DNA from: Octopus sinensis
Taxonomy: Eukaryota
Direction of reading: 5' to 3'
DNA: 64,000 nucleotides
Assembly: GCF_006345805.1 (NCBI RefSeq)
Contig: NC_042998.1
Coordinates: 157,418,001-157,482,000 of the forward strand
The position numbers were made by a program, and so were the translations under genes. Below the pieces are notes generated by a model, which worked only from the letters and a program-made list of their open reading frames with translations, had not been told where the DNA came from and did no database searches. This document shows positions 48,101 to 61,768 of the stretch, piece after piece. Numbering within the stretch: position 1 is the first letter of the stretch; each line of letters opens with the position of its first letter.

Positions 48101-49202
48101 TCCTGTCAAAAGGGCATTCAGGGAATGTTCTCTTGAAGAAGCTGACACTAGGATTTTTGTCCATGTCATGAATGGTGTGAAGCACAGCTACTTCACTAAA
48201 GCAACCATCTTGCAAATGATATTGATATAGTCACCATAGCTGTGGCAGCATTCCCTGTTTTGAAGAAAAGTGGTCTAGATCACTTGTAAGTTGTGGACGG
48301 AGTGGATAAAAGCAGATGATTACCAGTGCACAGCAGAGTCGGTAAGCTTGGGGAGAAAATCTGTGGTTTATTATTTTACAATGCAGTGGATGCCTTTAAA
48401 AGAAGAGGCAAAAAATCCTGCAATCAAACATCCGACATTTTTCCTCAAGCCAATAACACATTTCGCCGGCTGCCTACACCTTGTGCGGACATCACAGAGG
48501 ATCAGATTCGAGTAATAGAACGATTCGTTGTTCTACTGTATGACGGCTCCAGTTCGGAGTTGTCTGTAAATAAAGCCCGGAAAATCATGTTTACAAAAAA
48601 GAACAGACACTATGATGCGATACCACCTACGCGAGGAGACTTTCTCCAGCACGTCTGATGAGCTACATATCAGGCGGGGCACATATGGGGCTAGGCTCTC
48701 CAAACGAAGCCAGCACTGCCATCACCTATCGCCTGGGGGTGGGAAAATAATGACGGTGGCACATTCACTATTCACTAGATTAAAGTAAGAGCCATAGCAG
48801 AACAATGCAAAGCACTTAAAAAGTGTGCAGGACGTTGCACATGCGAGAAGTCAGCTCTTCCTCGTACTTCCCTTTGTGCCTGTCCATGCATTTGATTGAT
48901 GATGAAACCTGTATAACTTGAATTCGGGAAGGAGATAGTAGAAAAATCCTTCAAAAGGTAAATATAAGGCTATTGTTTAAAATATTGCATAATAAATAAC
49001 GTCTTTTTATAATAACATTTGTCTCCTGTTCATCGCAATTATTAAACTTACATATTGGACGCCATCTTGGATGTTGGCCGCCATTTTCAATTTTCACGTT
49101 GGAAATCATGCTTATCTTAAAGAGCTTGTTCTAAACTATAGGTGTACCAGACTGCATATTTGTATCGCCTTTTAATGGATTTTTCTATTATCTTCCTCAC
49201 TA
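45157..49202 (+). mobile_element. Academ-type DNA transposon, full span, degenerate, 4046 bp
   Basis: TAG...CTA termini; ~130-bp imperfect TIRs; 3-bp TSD TTT; motifs DNINH, SFHGTSISLFQ, DQVHEQNN, EEADTRI, PPTRGDFLQHV, terminal Cys cluster. Confidence 0.78.
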
Positions 49203-50429
49203 TTTCTCTTGAGTCCCGTTCATTTCACTTTCTTTTAGAAATAAACCACTAACATTAGCTCGCTTTTCCTCGGGTCTTGTTTGGGACTTAAGCAAAGACA
49301 TGATGTCTTAATCTTATTTTTAAAAAATAAAGAAAAGAAAAAAGTGAAATTTGATTCACACACTATCAAACAGTTACAATGATATAATGACTTCTTGAAT
49401 ATATGTGGTGAACAAATATATGCCATTCTAAAAATGAAGTAAATGTGCAGCTTTTTTTAATGCCCCACTTCAGATTGTAATAGACCGCAGTACGTTGGGA
49501 TGCTATTAGAAGTATTCCAAGGTGAAAATGTCACCAAATAATAAACAAGTGTGCCATAGTGCAGTCGTGTATATGCTTCCATACTTATGTGCATGTATGT
49601 CTGTGCGTACACGTGTGTGAAAATGTGTGTGCTGCAAAGCTGCAAATACGTATTTGCTCATTAGGACTTACATGTCTTTAACGAATACAGAATCTCCATG
49701 TGAGATTATCAGGTTACCATTATTGTTAGGCCTACCATTAATATCTAATATTCCAAGTTTCTTTAAAGTACTTCTCTCTCCCATTCTAGGCTGCCATCAT
49801 TACCTGACTCGCCACATCATTTCTTTTCCTAACTTACTGACTTTGACTAAACTTGGTCTACCTCTTCCGAATGTCATCGTCACGGTGTCTCCAAATGGAT
49901 GTTTCGTGATCGTGTGGATCTAGTTGAAACGATTTGTCTCATGACAAGCCTAAGACTAATCCTTATTAGACTAAGTAACCATTGCCACGATATCATGTGA
50001 GACCACAATACCGGCAATAACTATTATTATGTATCAATTATCTCAGTTACCTCCTAGTCTGATGGCGTTATGTATTTTAAGAAATTACTTATCTTCAAAT
50101 ATATGTAACTTTGGTAAAATATACTCAATAGAAGTTCCACTAGTAGTGATTAAGGTACATTTTGTATATAGGTTTGCTCTACCAATAAACGAACATTTTA
50201 AAGATATGAAACTAGGTAAAATAAATTGAAATTTAATGCTCATTTCAATGAAAAAAATCAAGGCTTTGAGAAAGAATTACGAATTTTGGAAGGATGCAGA
50301 AATAAAATAAAAAAGAAAGGTTTCTCTAGAGTCTATTTCTTCATTATTAAAAAATATTCTCACACCAACAGAGATAAATAGTTTCTGAAAATAGAAAATA
50401 AAAATGTATACTCTGGGCAATTTCATTCT

Positions 50430-51150
50430 GTTTAATGTTCGATATTTTACATACACTCTATAATGTTCCTTCATACACTCTATAATGTTTTGACAAATCC
50501 ATTCTTGTTGAGTCACATTTCCTCAGTCAAGTCCCAGAAGTCACGACTGTTTTGGGCTGTTACACTTGGGACAGTTCGATCTGGTTACCTCACAAAAAGT
50601 CTAAGCTAAGAACATTAGACCCCTTTTTAAGAAAGCTAGCGAATGTGTACAGCAACAAAGACAAAAAACGGAGACCACGGTACACAAAAAGACGACAAAT
50701 GGAGAACAAGGTACACAATTACAAATACAAACAACAAGAAAATAACAACAGGTGTCTTTCAACTGAAAATGAATCAAATTGAGTTGGCGTGTATGAAGTG
50801 AAAGCCTAAAGGCAGGAACATTGGAGTGGACAAAAGAGGTGTTCACGGTCGGCAGTCAGGCCAAGAAAAAAAGATCATTGCTGGCCGGACACCGGTCATG
50901 TGGAAGGAGGAGAGATGGGTAGGGGACAGCGGGTTTGAAGGCTTATAAAGAAAATCAGAGACAAAGAGAAAGGTACAGGGGAGATAAACAAGAGGGAAAT
51001 AGTGGGAGTTAAAGAAAGAGAGGGCCAAGAAATATGAGAGAGAGAGGAGGATCAAGAAAGAGAAAAAGAAAAAGGGGAGAATGTAAGCGGGGTGGGGGAA
51101 TAAAAGATAGAAAATGAGTTGAACAAAATTTAGATACATACCCATTATTG
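50430..51150 (-). mobile_element. Family F-related repeat
   Basis: Pyrimidine tract on the minus strand; TTTCTTGGCCTGACT matches ~3260; homology to 15790-15910. Confidence 0.55.
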
Positions 51151-52221
51151 CAAGCGGGAAATTCTATAAGTTCATATCTCTGAAGATTTAAATAAAAATT
51201 TTCCTAGATTCATGGAGAATTCCCTTAGAAATTTTGGAATTTTTGAAACTTTTTAGTATTTTCTACATTGTCCCAATATTCTATGGTTTATGTAATCAAT
51301 TAAAAACTTACGTATTCTCATGCCTCACTTTTCCGTTTTCATTTTCTCAATTGTTACTTTTTCCTTTTCTCCTGTCTTGTTCATAAGTGCTTTTGACTTC
51401 TGTTAACTTCTCTTAACTTAACATAGCGTCCCCTGTTTTATTCAGATACAATACTTTAATCTCCTCTTTCACCCTCCCAATCTCTCCTACTAACGTCGGT
51501 TACCCTGTTGCATTTTTATACTAAAAGACATATTGATTCAAGTGCAACAAGGATAAACAAATCCACACCAGGAATTTACCTCTGTCATAAAAAAACTAAG
51601 CATTGAAAATATTGTACAGTTGATCGTTTCTTAAAGACGTGCACAGCTTTCGTACGAACTGCAGTAGCAATCTTCATTCGACACTCATTTCGTAATTAAC
51701 TTTAAGAACTCTAGTTCATGCCTACCAACGAGAGCCACTAATTCCAGATTAGTTTTACCAACAGACAACTCTGTCAGATTTTTCAAATGTACCAACTGAT
51801 GATTTTACAGCATGCCTCAAACTAGACTATGTTTCGAAATGAACAGAAGGTTTACCTCTTTCCACCACTACGAGAGTTGAAATTAATAAGAAACATCAGC
51901 AACATAGTTGTGCTCCAAATTGGAAATGGGCATCAACCACTTGAAAGTGAAAGGTTAAGATACTGCAATACTAAAAACTTATAGAAAAATTATGTTAACC
52001 TAGAGTATAATGGTTTATTGAAAGTGATGCTTCTGTCAGGTGCAATAGTAAATGCGAAATCAATAACTTTTTTCTTTACTAGTTATATGACATGTCCAGG
52101 ACTATGCTACTTCACAATATTGACACTCGAAACTCGTTTAGCTATATACATATATACGTATATACATAATATATGCATCTTTATACACACACACACACAC
52201 ACACATATATATACATATATA

Positions 52222-52755
52222 TTGGGTTGTCCGGAAAGTTTGTGCCGATTACCTTTCAACTTATTTTAGAACATGTTTGAATTCATAAAATTGATTAGAC
52301 TACACCGCCATTTTGAGCACAGTTTAAGCTATCTTTTCGTGGAAGAAGGTTTATGTTCCAATAACCTGTGTTAATTCTGCAACCATTTAAAATGGAAGAC
52401 AAGAAAGTTCATTTTCGGCACTTGATGCTTCTCTTTTTCCGTAAAGGGAAACATGCCTCACAAGCAACCAAAGAAATATGTGTAGTGTACGGTGATGACT
52501 CTTTATCCGAAAGAACTGTACGGAAGTGGATCGCAAGGTTCCGAGCTGGAGATTGTAGCCTTATTGATAAAGAGCAATCAGACAGACCATCCACTATAAA
52601 TGATGACCAAATCAAGTCATTAATTGAGAATAACCCACATTGCACAACCAGAGAATTGGCAGAACGCCTCAGCCTATCAAAATCCGCCGTTCATGAGCAC
52701 CTGGTAAAGCTTGGGTAATGGCAAGTACTTATTGACCTTTTTCCGGACAATCCAA
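52222..52755 (+). mobile_element. Internally deleted mariner
   Basis: TIRs TTGGGTTGTCCGGAAA / TTTCCGGACAATCCAA; TA on both sides. Confidence 0.9.
52392..52718 (+). CDS. Mariner transposase N-terminal DNA-binding (double HTH) domain only, 108 aa, open
   Basis: MEDKKVHFRHLMLLFFRKG..SERTVRKWIARFRAG..GRP-like DRP..TTRELAERL..VHEHL; no DDD domain. Confidence 0.75.
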   Translation: MEDKKVHFRHLMLLFFRKGKHASQATKEICVVYGDDSLSERTVRKWIARFRAGDCSLIDKEQSDRPSTINDDQIKSLIENNPHCTTRELAERLSLSKSAVHEHLVKLG

Positions 52756-52828
52756 TATATACATATATAGTTGTATATATTATATAAGTATATATGTGTG
52801 TGCATATATCTCGTATATGTATATATGA

Positions 52829-52861
<33 letters not shown>

Positions 52862-52869
52862 ATATAAAC

Positions 52870-54225
52870 TTAGATATGTTTCGACCAATGATTGGTCCAG
52901 GCCATGTCTAACTTAATAGCACCACCTGATAGGATTATTTGAATCCTGTTTAAGTCAAGTTTTGTTTATGGTCCATTCAAGTAGTGAGTTTTTGTTGGGT
53001 GAGTTGTATCCAATTATGGGTGGCTTATCTGGTATTCGTTGAAGGAATCTATCCAGACTCCGTTTAAAGTTGATGGGATCCTGTTCCTCTTTGATCCTTT
53101 CGGGACAATGTTAAATAGGGCAGGGCCTGTTGAGGAAAAGAAATTATGTTGTAGTGTACATGTATGCTGTGATCTTGAATTGGGCAGGGGACGTATGGCC
53201 CGTGGTCCCAGTCTTGGATGAACCTTGAATCTAATGTTCAGTTCGTTTGGGCAAAGTTGGCGGTATATTCTCCACATCGTACAAATGATGTACCGCTCAC
53301 GGCGACGCTGGAGAGAGTAGAGTTTCAAGGCTTTAAGGCGATCCCAATAATCGAGAGCAGCCATGCCTTCAATTCGTTGAGTGAGTGCTCTCTGGGGTGA
53401 TTCAATCCTCGAGATGTCTGTCTTGTATGGGGAGACCACAGTGGGCAGCAGTATTCGAGGTGTGGCCGTACAAAGGAGGAGAAAAGTGGTATGATGACAC
53501 CTTGTTCTCTGGACCGGAAAGTTCTTAAGATCCAGGAACTCATCCAACGAGCTATATCGACCTTCTTGTTGATGTGTGCACTCCAACTGAGATCGTCATC
53601 AACAATTACACCCAGGTCTCCGATATTGTTAGAGGCTGTGAGCGGTTCCCCTGAAGGAAGAGAGTATGGCTGTTTTAGTGAGGAATTTCTTCCAAAATGC
53701 ATCAGCTCAAATTTTCCCTCGTTCTGTTGCATTTTGTTTCTGTCTGCCCATTGACTCACAGCATATAGATCAGACTGGAGTTGAGTTCGGTCTGCTTCTT
53801 CATTGACGATTTGCTGGAGCTTAGTGTCATCAGCAAATATTTTCACTTTGCAGTAATGTACGACACTGGAAAGGTCGTTTATGTAGATTATGAAGAGTAG
53901 CGGACCCAAGACAGTCCCCTGGGGGACACCGCTGGTGACTTTTGCTGGGCTTGAGTGGACTCCATCAACTACAACATGTTGTGTTCTATTCGCCAGGAAA
54001 TACTTTATCCAGTGTAGAACTTTTCCTCGGATTCCAACATTTGCCAATTTTGAGAGTAGGATATTATGGTCTACCCTGTCGAACGCTTTACTGAAGTCAA
54101 GATATATGACAGCAGAGTTCGAAGCTGTTCCCAAGGCTTTGAGTACATCTTCAATGTGGTGTAAGAGCTGTGTTAGACAGTCCCTGCCACAGCGAAAGCC
54201 ATGCTGATTTGCATTTAGGAGTTTA
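52870..54225 (-). mobile_element. 5'-truncated CR1-type LINE (RT to 3' tail)
   Basis: QHGFRCGRDC; YLDFSKAFDRV; GVPQGTVLGPLLF; FADDTK; one frameshift near 53400; 3' GGTGGTGC..CATGGCC-hairpin-GAAAC. Confidence 0.92.
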
Positions 54226-54229
54226 TATG

Positions 54230-54264
<35 letters not shown>

Positions 54265-54357
54265 GTGTGTGTGTACATATATGTATGTATATATGCATAT
54301 ATTTATATATTCATATTATACAGTCGAGATTTATCTAAACCATTCAACACTGGAGTA

Positions 54358-54408
54358 GTCACTACTGATGAGCTTTAAATTTTAGCGATACTAAACCAGT
54401 ATAGTGAT
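54358..54408 (+). ncRNA. Compact type I hammerhead motif, one core change (GAAA to GAUA)
   Basis: 7-bp stem I GTCACTA/TAGTGAT; CTGATGA 54365-54371; GCT/AGC stem II; ACT-AAACC-AGT stem III; A at 54401. Confidence 0.8.
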
Positions 54409-54618
54409 CTCGCTCGCTCTGGATCGGTTATCTCCTCTGCAAGAGTATGGAACTGAGCTTCCTTACGGCTAAGGTTTATTTAAGTCGTATTTCTAGCAAT
54501 GTAGGTGCTACTCTGCATCGTTAGTCACAATTAGGGACAATTGTGTTTTTCCTTTTTGTCCTATATTTCGTGTAGACGTCTTCGTTACTTTACACACAGA
54601 CACAGACACACAGACACA

Positions 54619-54665
<47 letters not shown>

Positions 54666-55587
54666 ACACACACACAAACACACACACACATACAAACACA
54701 CACAAACACACACACACACACAGATATATACATGCATATATATGTATCCGGTAGAAATATTAAATGATATAACAAACTGCGTTTATGCAAATTTGTTTCG
54801 AAAATAGACTACGAAAAATATGTGCATTTCTGAGAAGAAAACTAATATTGTAATAGCGTGTATTATGAAATTGAATAAGTTCATAGTCTTAACAAGGTAA
54901 ACTAATATTACTGAAACAGTATTTGAACTACAGAACTACGATCAAAGGCATTCCAGCTGTGACCGCCTTGGTTTGTTATACGTTGGGACATATTTCTAAA
55001 GTGTTCTTATTTGATGTTGGTAGGGAGTCTTTTTGAGCAACGTGACTGCTATTTCCAACCCAATCAACAACCCATGTAGAGGAACCATTGTTAATTCGCT
55101 ATCTTATCATAGTATAATGACATGTGGTCGACTATGTTGATGCTGATTCCTTGCATGACTCTGTTTGTTGTCATCGATGAGTTCAAATACTACTTGTAAT
55201 GTTTCTAGCTCTATAAGAAACTAATTTCGAATAGGTTTGTTTCTTTCTTGTTTCTTCCAAAATATTAATGTTACAATTCAATTAGCTCACATTATAATGG
55301 TAATATAATGCACAATATATTGATCTTATCATATTGTTGCAGAGTTATCTTGTTCTCTTATGTTATAACTTTTATATATTTCTAATGTCACCAACGGTGA
55401 ACATATCGACATTATAATTATGCTCGCAGTGGAAGGGGGAGTAGCAATGATGATGGCAATGATGCAATGATTACTCTTGATTTTGTTTAACCGTGAAATA
55501 TTGGTCATTGCGCTCTCCCTCTGTTAGGTCGTGCGGTTCTGAAGTGAAATGTGTTTGCTTGCTATCTGATGCACACCAACCGCATAG

Positions 55588-55678
<91 letters not shown>

Positions 55679-56000
55679 GACTGACGTGTTGTCACATCGG
55701 CTCCGAAGATAATCGTTTATTTTGACTATTTATAGCCCTCATTTTGTGTACATTTATGTAAATAAGGTGTGTAAAGCACCCAACTTTCGTTTGAGTGTTT
55801 TTCCAAGGGAGGAATTCGCCCCTAGGGGCAGTTTCAAACCTAAGTAATTTGTATATTTTTCTTCTCGACATTAAAAAGTGTCGAGAAATTTTATTGTCGA
55901 ACGCTGGTCAAATTCCTTCATAGACCAGCATTTCCCTAGCCTTGAAACGCTAGGAGAAAAAAAGAACTCCTGTACGCACAAACATTCGAATAGAACAGAC

Positions 56001-56179
56001 ATGACCAGCAAGAAATCAAAGACAAACCTGAGTGATGTGAAAGTGAACGCTGCAACCACTTTCGTTAACAGCCCTGTCAGCACCACCACCACTAACAACA
56101 ACGAGACTACCACTGCCACCACCACCACCACACCAACAGCAAGAAGGCTACCACCACCACCACCACCACCACCACCAAC

Positions 56180-56217
<38 letters not shown>

Positions 56218-57919
56218 CAAGAACAACAACGATATCGTCGTTTTGCCGTCTACGATAACTGCCAACAATATCACCACTACTACAACCTCAACTACTACAA
56301 GTGACACCTCTGCCACCAACACTACCACCAAACGCAATTCTGCACAAGCATTAAAACAAAAAAGACAATAATACACTTCACAACAGAACAATTAAAACAA
56401 ACAAAAGCCCTGTTAGCTGAAGAAGGTTCACATCTACGCTTACATATAACACAAAACATAATAGACAACACACAAAAGAAAACAATAATATACAAAGTCC
56501 TAAACGCAAACACACGCAGACCAGAACAAGCAAAACCAGAAATGATTGAAACATATTTACGGCCAATATGGGCCTACAAAACTTATTTAAATTGGGGAAA
56601 CAAATATGCCACGATACAGGTTCGCTTCGACATCGAAGAAAGAGCGAAAGAACTTTCGATGCTCACGTTACAGTCGGAAAAGCTAATTTTAATTCCGACC
56701 TACCTTGGTCAACGCGTGACCAAAATTTCGATTAAAAATGTCCCTCCAGAAATAGAATCACAATGGCTGTTGTCAGCCATTTGCTACAAAATGGAGGAGA
56801 ATAAAAATATTCTGGAATATGCCACCTTGGAGGAAAAGAAATGGTGGGGAAAATGGTTCATTTATTGATGCAAATTGATGAAAACCAAATCAATAACATC
56901 CCCCACCAAATTGAGCTGCCAGACGGCAATTTCCTTTACGTAGTGGTAGAGGGTAGGAGGCCTCGCTGTTACATGTGTGGCAGCGAGGAACACCTCAAAA
57001 ATGATTGCCCAACAGCAAAAATATAACAACAAAAACCAGAACAAGAACAACAACCACAATAAGGAAGAAGTTAAAAGAAAAAAGAACCACTACTATCCAC
57101 ACCATCATTAGCACAGAGGACAAGCAAAGGGAATACGGAACCAAACTCGCCAACAACAACAAATGAACATACAACATCTGAAAAAACACCACCAACAACA
57201 GCAAGAACAGAACCACTACTACCCACACCACCATCCGCACAGAGGACAAACAAAGGGAGTACAAAACCAAACCCGCCAACACCAACAAATGAACATACAA
57301 AAACATCTGAAAAAATACCACCAACAGCAAGAACTAAAGAAACAGTAAAACCAAAGGACAATACAAAAACTGATTCGCCTTCCTCCACATCACACACACC
57401 ACACACAAGCAGTCAACAACCAATATCAACGAAAACAACAACACAACCAATTACACAAACACACATTGAAGCCTACAAAATGCCCCTACCCACTTCCGAT
57501 TCCTCGGAAATTTCGTCGGAAGGCGAAAGCACTGAGGAATGGCAAATAGCCAGAAAAGGAAGGAGGGAAAGGAGCAAAAAAAGAACCAAATCCAATACAA
57601 ACGCAAACAAAGCAGGGAGATATACATCTCCCGAGACATCTCAAACCCTACCACAAAGAAAAGCAACGCAACAAAAATACATGAAAAGAATATGCTCAAA
57701 GCCATAGACACCAAAAACCCAGAGCTGAGGAAATACATCAACGCAAACACAAACATTACAGAAAACGACATTAAAACGAACAACCACCCACGCACAACAA
57801 CACCAGAACACATAAAAATTTATCACATATCACCAACATTGCACCACACACTAAGATCCTTCTATCCCAATGCGGTAGGGGGATGTCATGAATATTTATG
57901 TAAAAAACAGCCTCCTTGA
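56001..57919 (+). pseudogene. Tx1/L1 ORF1, Thr/Pro-rich, frameshifted
   Basis: MTSKKSK start; CYMCGSEEHLKNDCP knuckle; 126-bp in-frame duplication. Confidence 0.75.
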
Positions 57920-58011
57920 TGAAAAATCAAAGGAGGAGACAAATCTTTCGAAAAGTAAGTAATCCTCCTTTCCTTTCGTTTGTATTTTAAAGCACACAAC
58001 TCAATAGGATC

Positions 58012-61000
58012 ATGGTCAAGATTGGTTGTGTGAATGCGCGTGGCTTGGGGTCTCATTGGAAACAAGGGTACCTTTTAAATGACATCAAGTCACATAATTT
58101 GGAAATCATAGCAATAAGTGAGACCAGACTCCATGAACCACGGGCCCTAAAGTCCATATTTGGCGGATATTTTAACATTTACTTTTTCCCCTGTCTGCCA
58201 AGAATGGGCGGTAGTGACACGGTGGTACTTTTTCGCAAGAGTCTGGATCTCGAAGTAAAGACAATATTCGTAGACCCGGAGGGTAGACTGGTTGTCCTGG
58301 ATGTCGACGGCAGCGATGGGTGCGCTTTTCGACACCAGGCAGTCTATGCACCGCCTTTAACAGGTCGGCCGGATTTCTTTCGATGTCTAGAAGTATTTCT
58401 GGGAACGTCTCATCCTTTACTAGACTACATAGGGAGAGACGAAAATAGACGGGGATGTAAATGCCTCAGAGACCTGCTCAGACGCTTTCAACTGTCTGGC
58501 AGGTACCGACTCGATCACCCAAATGTGCCAACGTGGACATGGAGCAACCGCATTGTGTCGTCGAGATCGTATCTAGATAGGATACTATGCAGCACAGCAG
58601 GTAGGGATAGCTTAGGATGTCCACAACTCCACATAATCAGCTACACAGATCACAAACTTGTGATGTGTACCCTAGACTTAGATAAGGCTCATAGGCAGGG
58701 TCCCGGTTACTGGAAACTGAACGTGTTTTTCCCGTATAGACAGGTTTTCAGAAACCGAATTAGCACACTAGTAAAGAGGGCTTTCACGGGAGCCATCGTC
58801 AACAACAAATGGTGGTTTTCCCTCAAGAGAGCAGTAAAAGCAGAAGCCATTAGGTATAGCAAAGCACTAGCCATAGATAGAAACAGAGTAGAGGGTAAGC
58901 TAGTTAAGAAGTTAGAAGTGGCAATAAGAAGCAGCATCACATCCGACGTTTTGGCGGCGAGGTTGGCCGTCGACCAACACTTCAACGCCAAACACGAAGG
59001 GTGTGCTGTCAGGGCTAGGATGCGTGCTCTAAGGATGGAAGGTGTTGGAGCCGCGAGAGAGGCCCGTGTGACGGAGGCGCAACAGAGCAACAAAGCCACC
59101 ATTCGGTCTCTGGTAGATGAACAGGGACGCGAGTTGCTCGAGCCGAGCGAGATGTGCGAGGCGTTTCAGCAGCATTTTGCCCGACTGTTCGGGAGGAGTG
59201 GCGAGCGAGAACGCAGGTTGGACTTCAGTGACTACCTGCACAGCCTGCCACGACTCTCGACAAGAGAGGCAGAGTGCTGTGAAGGTGCCATCACGGCGGC
59301 GGAAGTGAGGGATGCGATGGCGGGATGCTCAAGGGACAAATCGCCGGGTTTGGATGGTCTGCCCTACGAGCTTTACGATTGTATGCCAGACTTGTTTGGA
59401 GACGTCTTAGCAGCGGTGTACTGCAACTGGCAGAAGAACGGAAGCATACCCGGTTTTGTGAGCCGAGGAGCCGTAATGCTGCTAAAGAAAGATCCAAACA
59501 AGGGGGACATTATAGATAACTTTAGGCCCATCACTCTGCTCAATGCAGACTTGAAAATTTTGGCCAAGGTGTTAGCTAAGAGGTTGGAGCTTGTCATCGA
59601 GAAACTGGTCGGCAAGGTGCAAACTCGCGCCGTGCCAGGCCGGAGTATCCATGACAACCTCCATCTGATGCGCTACATCATAGACAGGGTAGCTAAGGAA
59701 CCTGGCATGAGTGGGGCCCTGATCAATTTGGATCAATCCAAAGCTTTTGATAGGATAGACTATCGATACTTGGAGGCTGTCCTGATAGCGGCCGGCTTCG
59801 GTCCCATATTCCGCGGCTGGATGGCCGCCTTGTACAGAGGCATCCGTTCGGTAATTCGTGTGAATGGGCATCTATCGAGACCTTTCGACATTGCACGTTC
59901 GGTCCGTCAGAGATGCCCCCCCTCGTCGCTTCTGTACGTATTGACGCTTGAGCCACTACTGCGGAAGCTGGCGACGCTGAGGGGCATCCCACGAGAACTA
60001 GGTTACGTGACGAGCGTGTCCGCAAACGCGGACGACTTCACCGTTATAGTGTCTAGCCACGAGCACATCGAGCTAGTCAGCGAGACACTGCAAGACTACG
60101 AAGCGGTGACGGGAGCAAAAATCAACCGAGAAAAGTCAGTGGGCTTGCAGCTGGGCACCTGGAGAAGCAAGCCCATGCCGTCCACCAGCGCCTCAGTAGT
60201 GGGACGCTGGACGGACGGGTCGGCCAAATTGCTCGGAGTCTTGTTCGGTCCAGACATGCAAACGGAGAAGAACTCGGACGAGATAACGAGTAGGGTGGCC
60301 ACTCTCTGCAGGGAATGGGCCGAGAAGAAGCTGTCCCTAGAAGGTCGGGCGGAGGTGGTGAACGCGTACATCACATCCGTCATCAACTACCGCCTGACCG
60401 TCGTGCCTTGTCTCGACCCCACCGTCACCAAACTGGAGCGCATCCTCTTCCGCTTCTTGTGGAAAGGAAACGTTCCGATGGTCCGGCGGTCCGTTTGGTG
60501 TCAACACCCGCTGAAAGGAGGGCTGGGAATGCCGTGGTTGATGATGCGCAGACACGCGCTGAGACTGCAACATCTCCGGCTCTACGTAGACGACGGTGAG
60601 CAGGTGTGATCGCCGTTTTTGCGGCGCGCTTTCCCGCAACTCGTGTCTATGGCCGAGTTGCAATCGTGGATCAAAAAGAGGCCGAGGAAGGGCGAATGGC
60701 ACCACGAGTGTCGCGTTGCTCACCAGCAACTCTGCCGACCTGGGTCGAACTTGAGCAGCTGCATCACCACGAAAGCATTTTATAGGGGATTAGTGGAGAG
60801 GAGGTACGACGACGATCTCGGGGCGAACCTGGTCGTCGATGATGAATACATGATCCGCCTGTTCAAGACGACTTTCGGGTCGGGACCTATGGACAATTTC
60901 CAGAGATCCCTGGCCTGGCCGTGCTATCGAGAAGCGCTACCCGTTCGGGATAAGCTCTATAGACATAGTTCTAGAAACATGGGGCCGACCTGCCCGAGAT

Positions 61001-61400
61001 GCTGTCAGAGCGACGAAACCGTTTTGCACGCACTCGTGCAGTGTCCAACCATTTCCGACCTGTGGGCTTATGTCGAACGACTGCTTTCACGTGTGGAACG
61101 AGTCGGTTTATCAGGCGAGTCTATCGTCAATATCGTCACGTCTCCTTCCTTCAAACGGAAAGGAAGAGCTATTTTTATAATACTCGTAGCTATGGCAAAA
61201 TAATGTATCTGGTGGACGCGTCTGAAAGGATTAGAGCCAAACACTTTCCTCTCCGGTCGATCTCTCATCAACTCTTTCAAGTATCACTTGAAAAGGAAGG
61301 TGAGAGTAGAGAGGGAAGTTTTGTCTAGCGACTGTTTAAAAAAAAGATGGGTAAATGTAGCAAGGATGGCACGTAAAAATTTAATACAGAGAGTTACTTA
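58012..61400 (+). pseudogene. Tx1/L1 ORF2 (APE endonuclease, RT, zinc finger) with premature stops
   Basis: VNARGL, ISETRL, FRPITLLNADLKI, DQSKAFDRI, NADD in place of YADD, TGA at 60607-60609, TAA at 61201-61203, CPRC..ETVLHALVQC. Confidence 0.93.
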
Positions 61401-61768
61401 TTTGTATATAAATGTTAATCTGTGAAGTAATTGCCCGAGGTTACTGTGGTCTTTTCGTTGGTTTTTCTTTCCACAGATAAACCTCCCCATTTTTTGGGAA
61501 CTTTTTGTACTATTTCGACATTTTTTGCATATATCCCCAACGATTTCGATCCATTTTGATCGTTGTCCCTATATTTTTACTTTGTTTTCGCTCCCTCGAA
61601 ATTAATCTACATTGTAATTGTCCCCTCTGTGTTTAGCCCTGTGTGTCCCTGTATGTCCTCACGTTGCTGTTTTTTCTTGTGTCACACAAAGAGAAAACAT
61701 AACAACGCGAGGACGTAGAGCAAGTATAGTGTTATTGGACGCTCAGGAAAGGAAAGAAAGAAGGAGAA

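Larger units (their letters stand above)
55760..61650 (+). mobile_element. Near full-length Tx1/L1-type LINE (boundaries approximate)
   Basis: 5' UTR, ORF1 with zinc knuckle, ORF2 with APE, RT and C-terminal zinc finger, 3' UTR. Confidence 0.9.

Noticed and set aside
48655-48710. CTGATGAG in the Academ element
   Set aside because: Coding sequence with a stop mutation; no downstream GAAA or stems.
51785-51850. CTGATGA...GAAAT
   Set aside because: No stem I or cleavage triplet in register.
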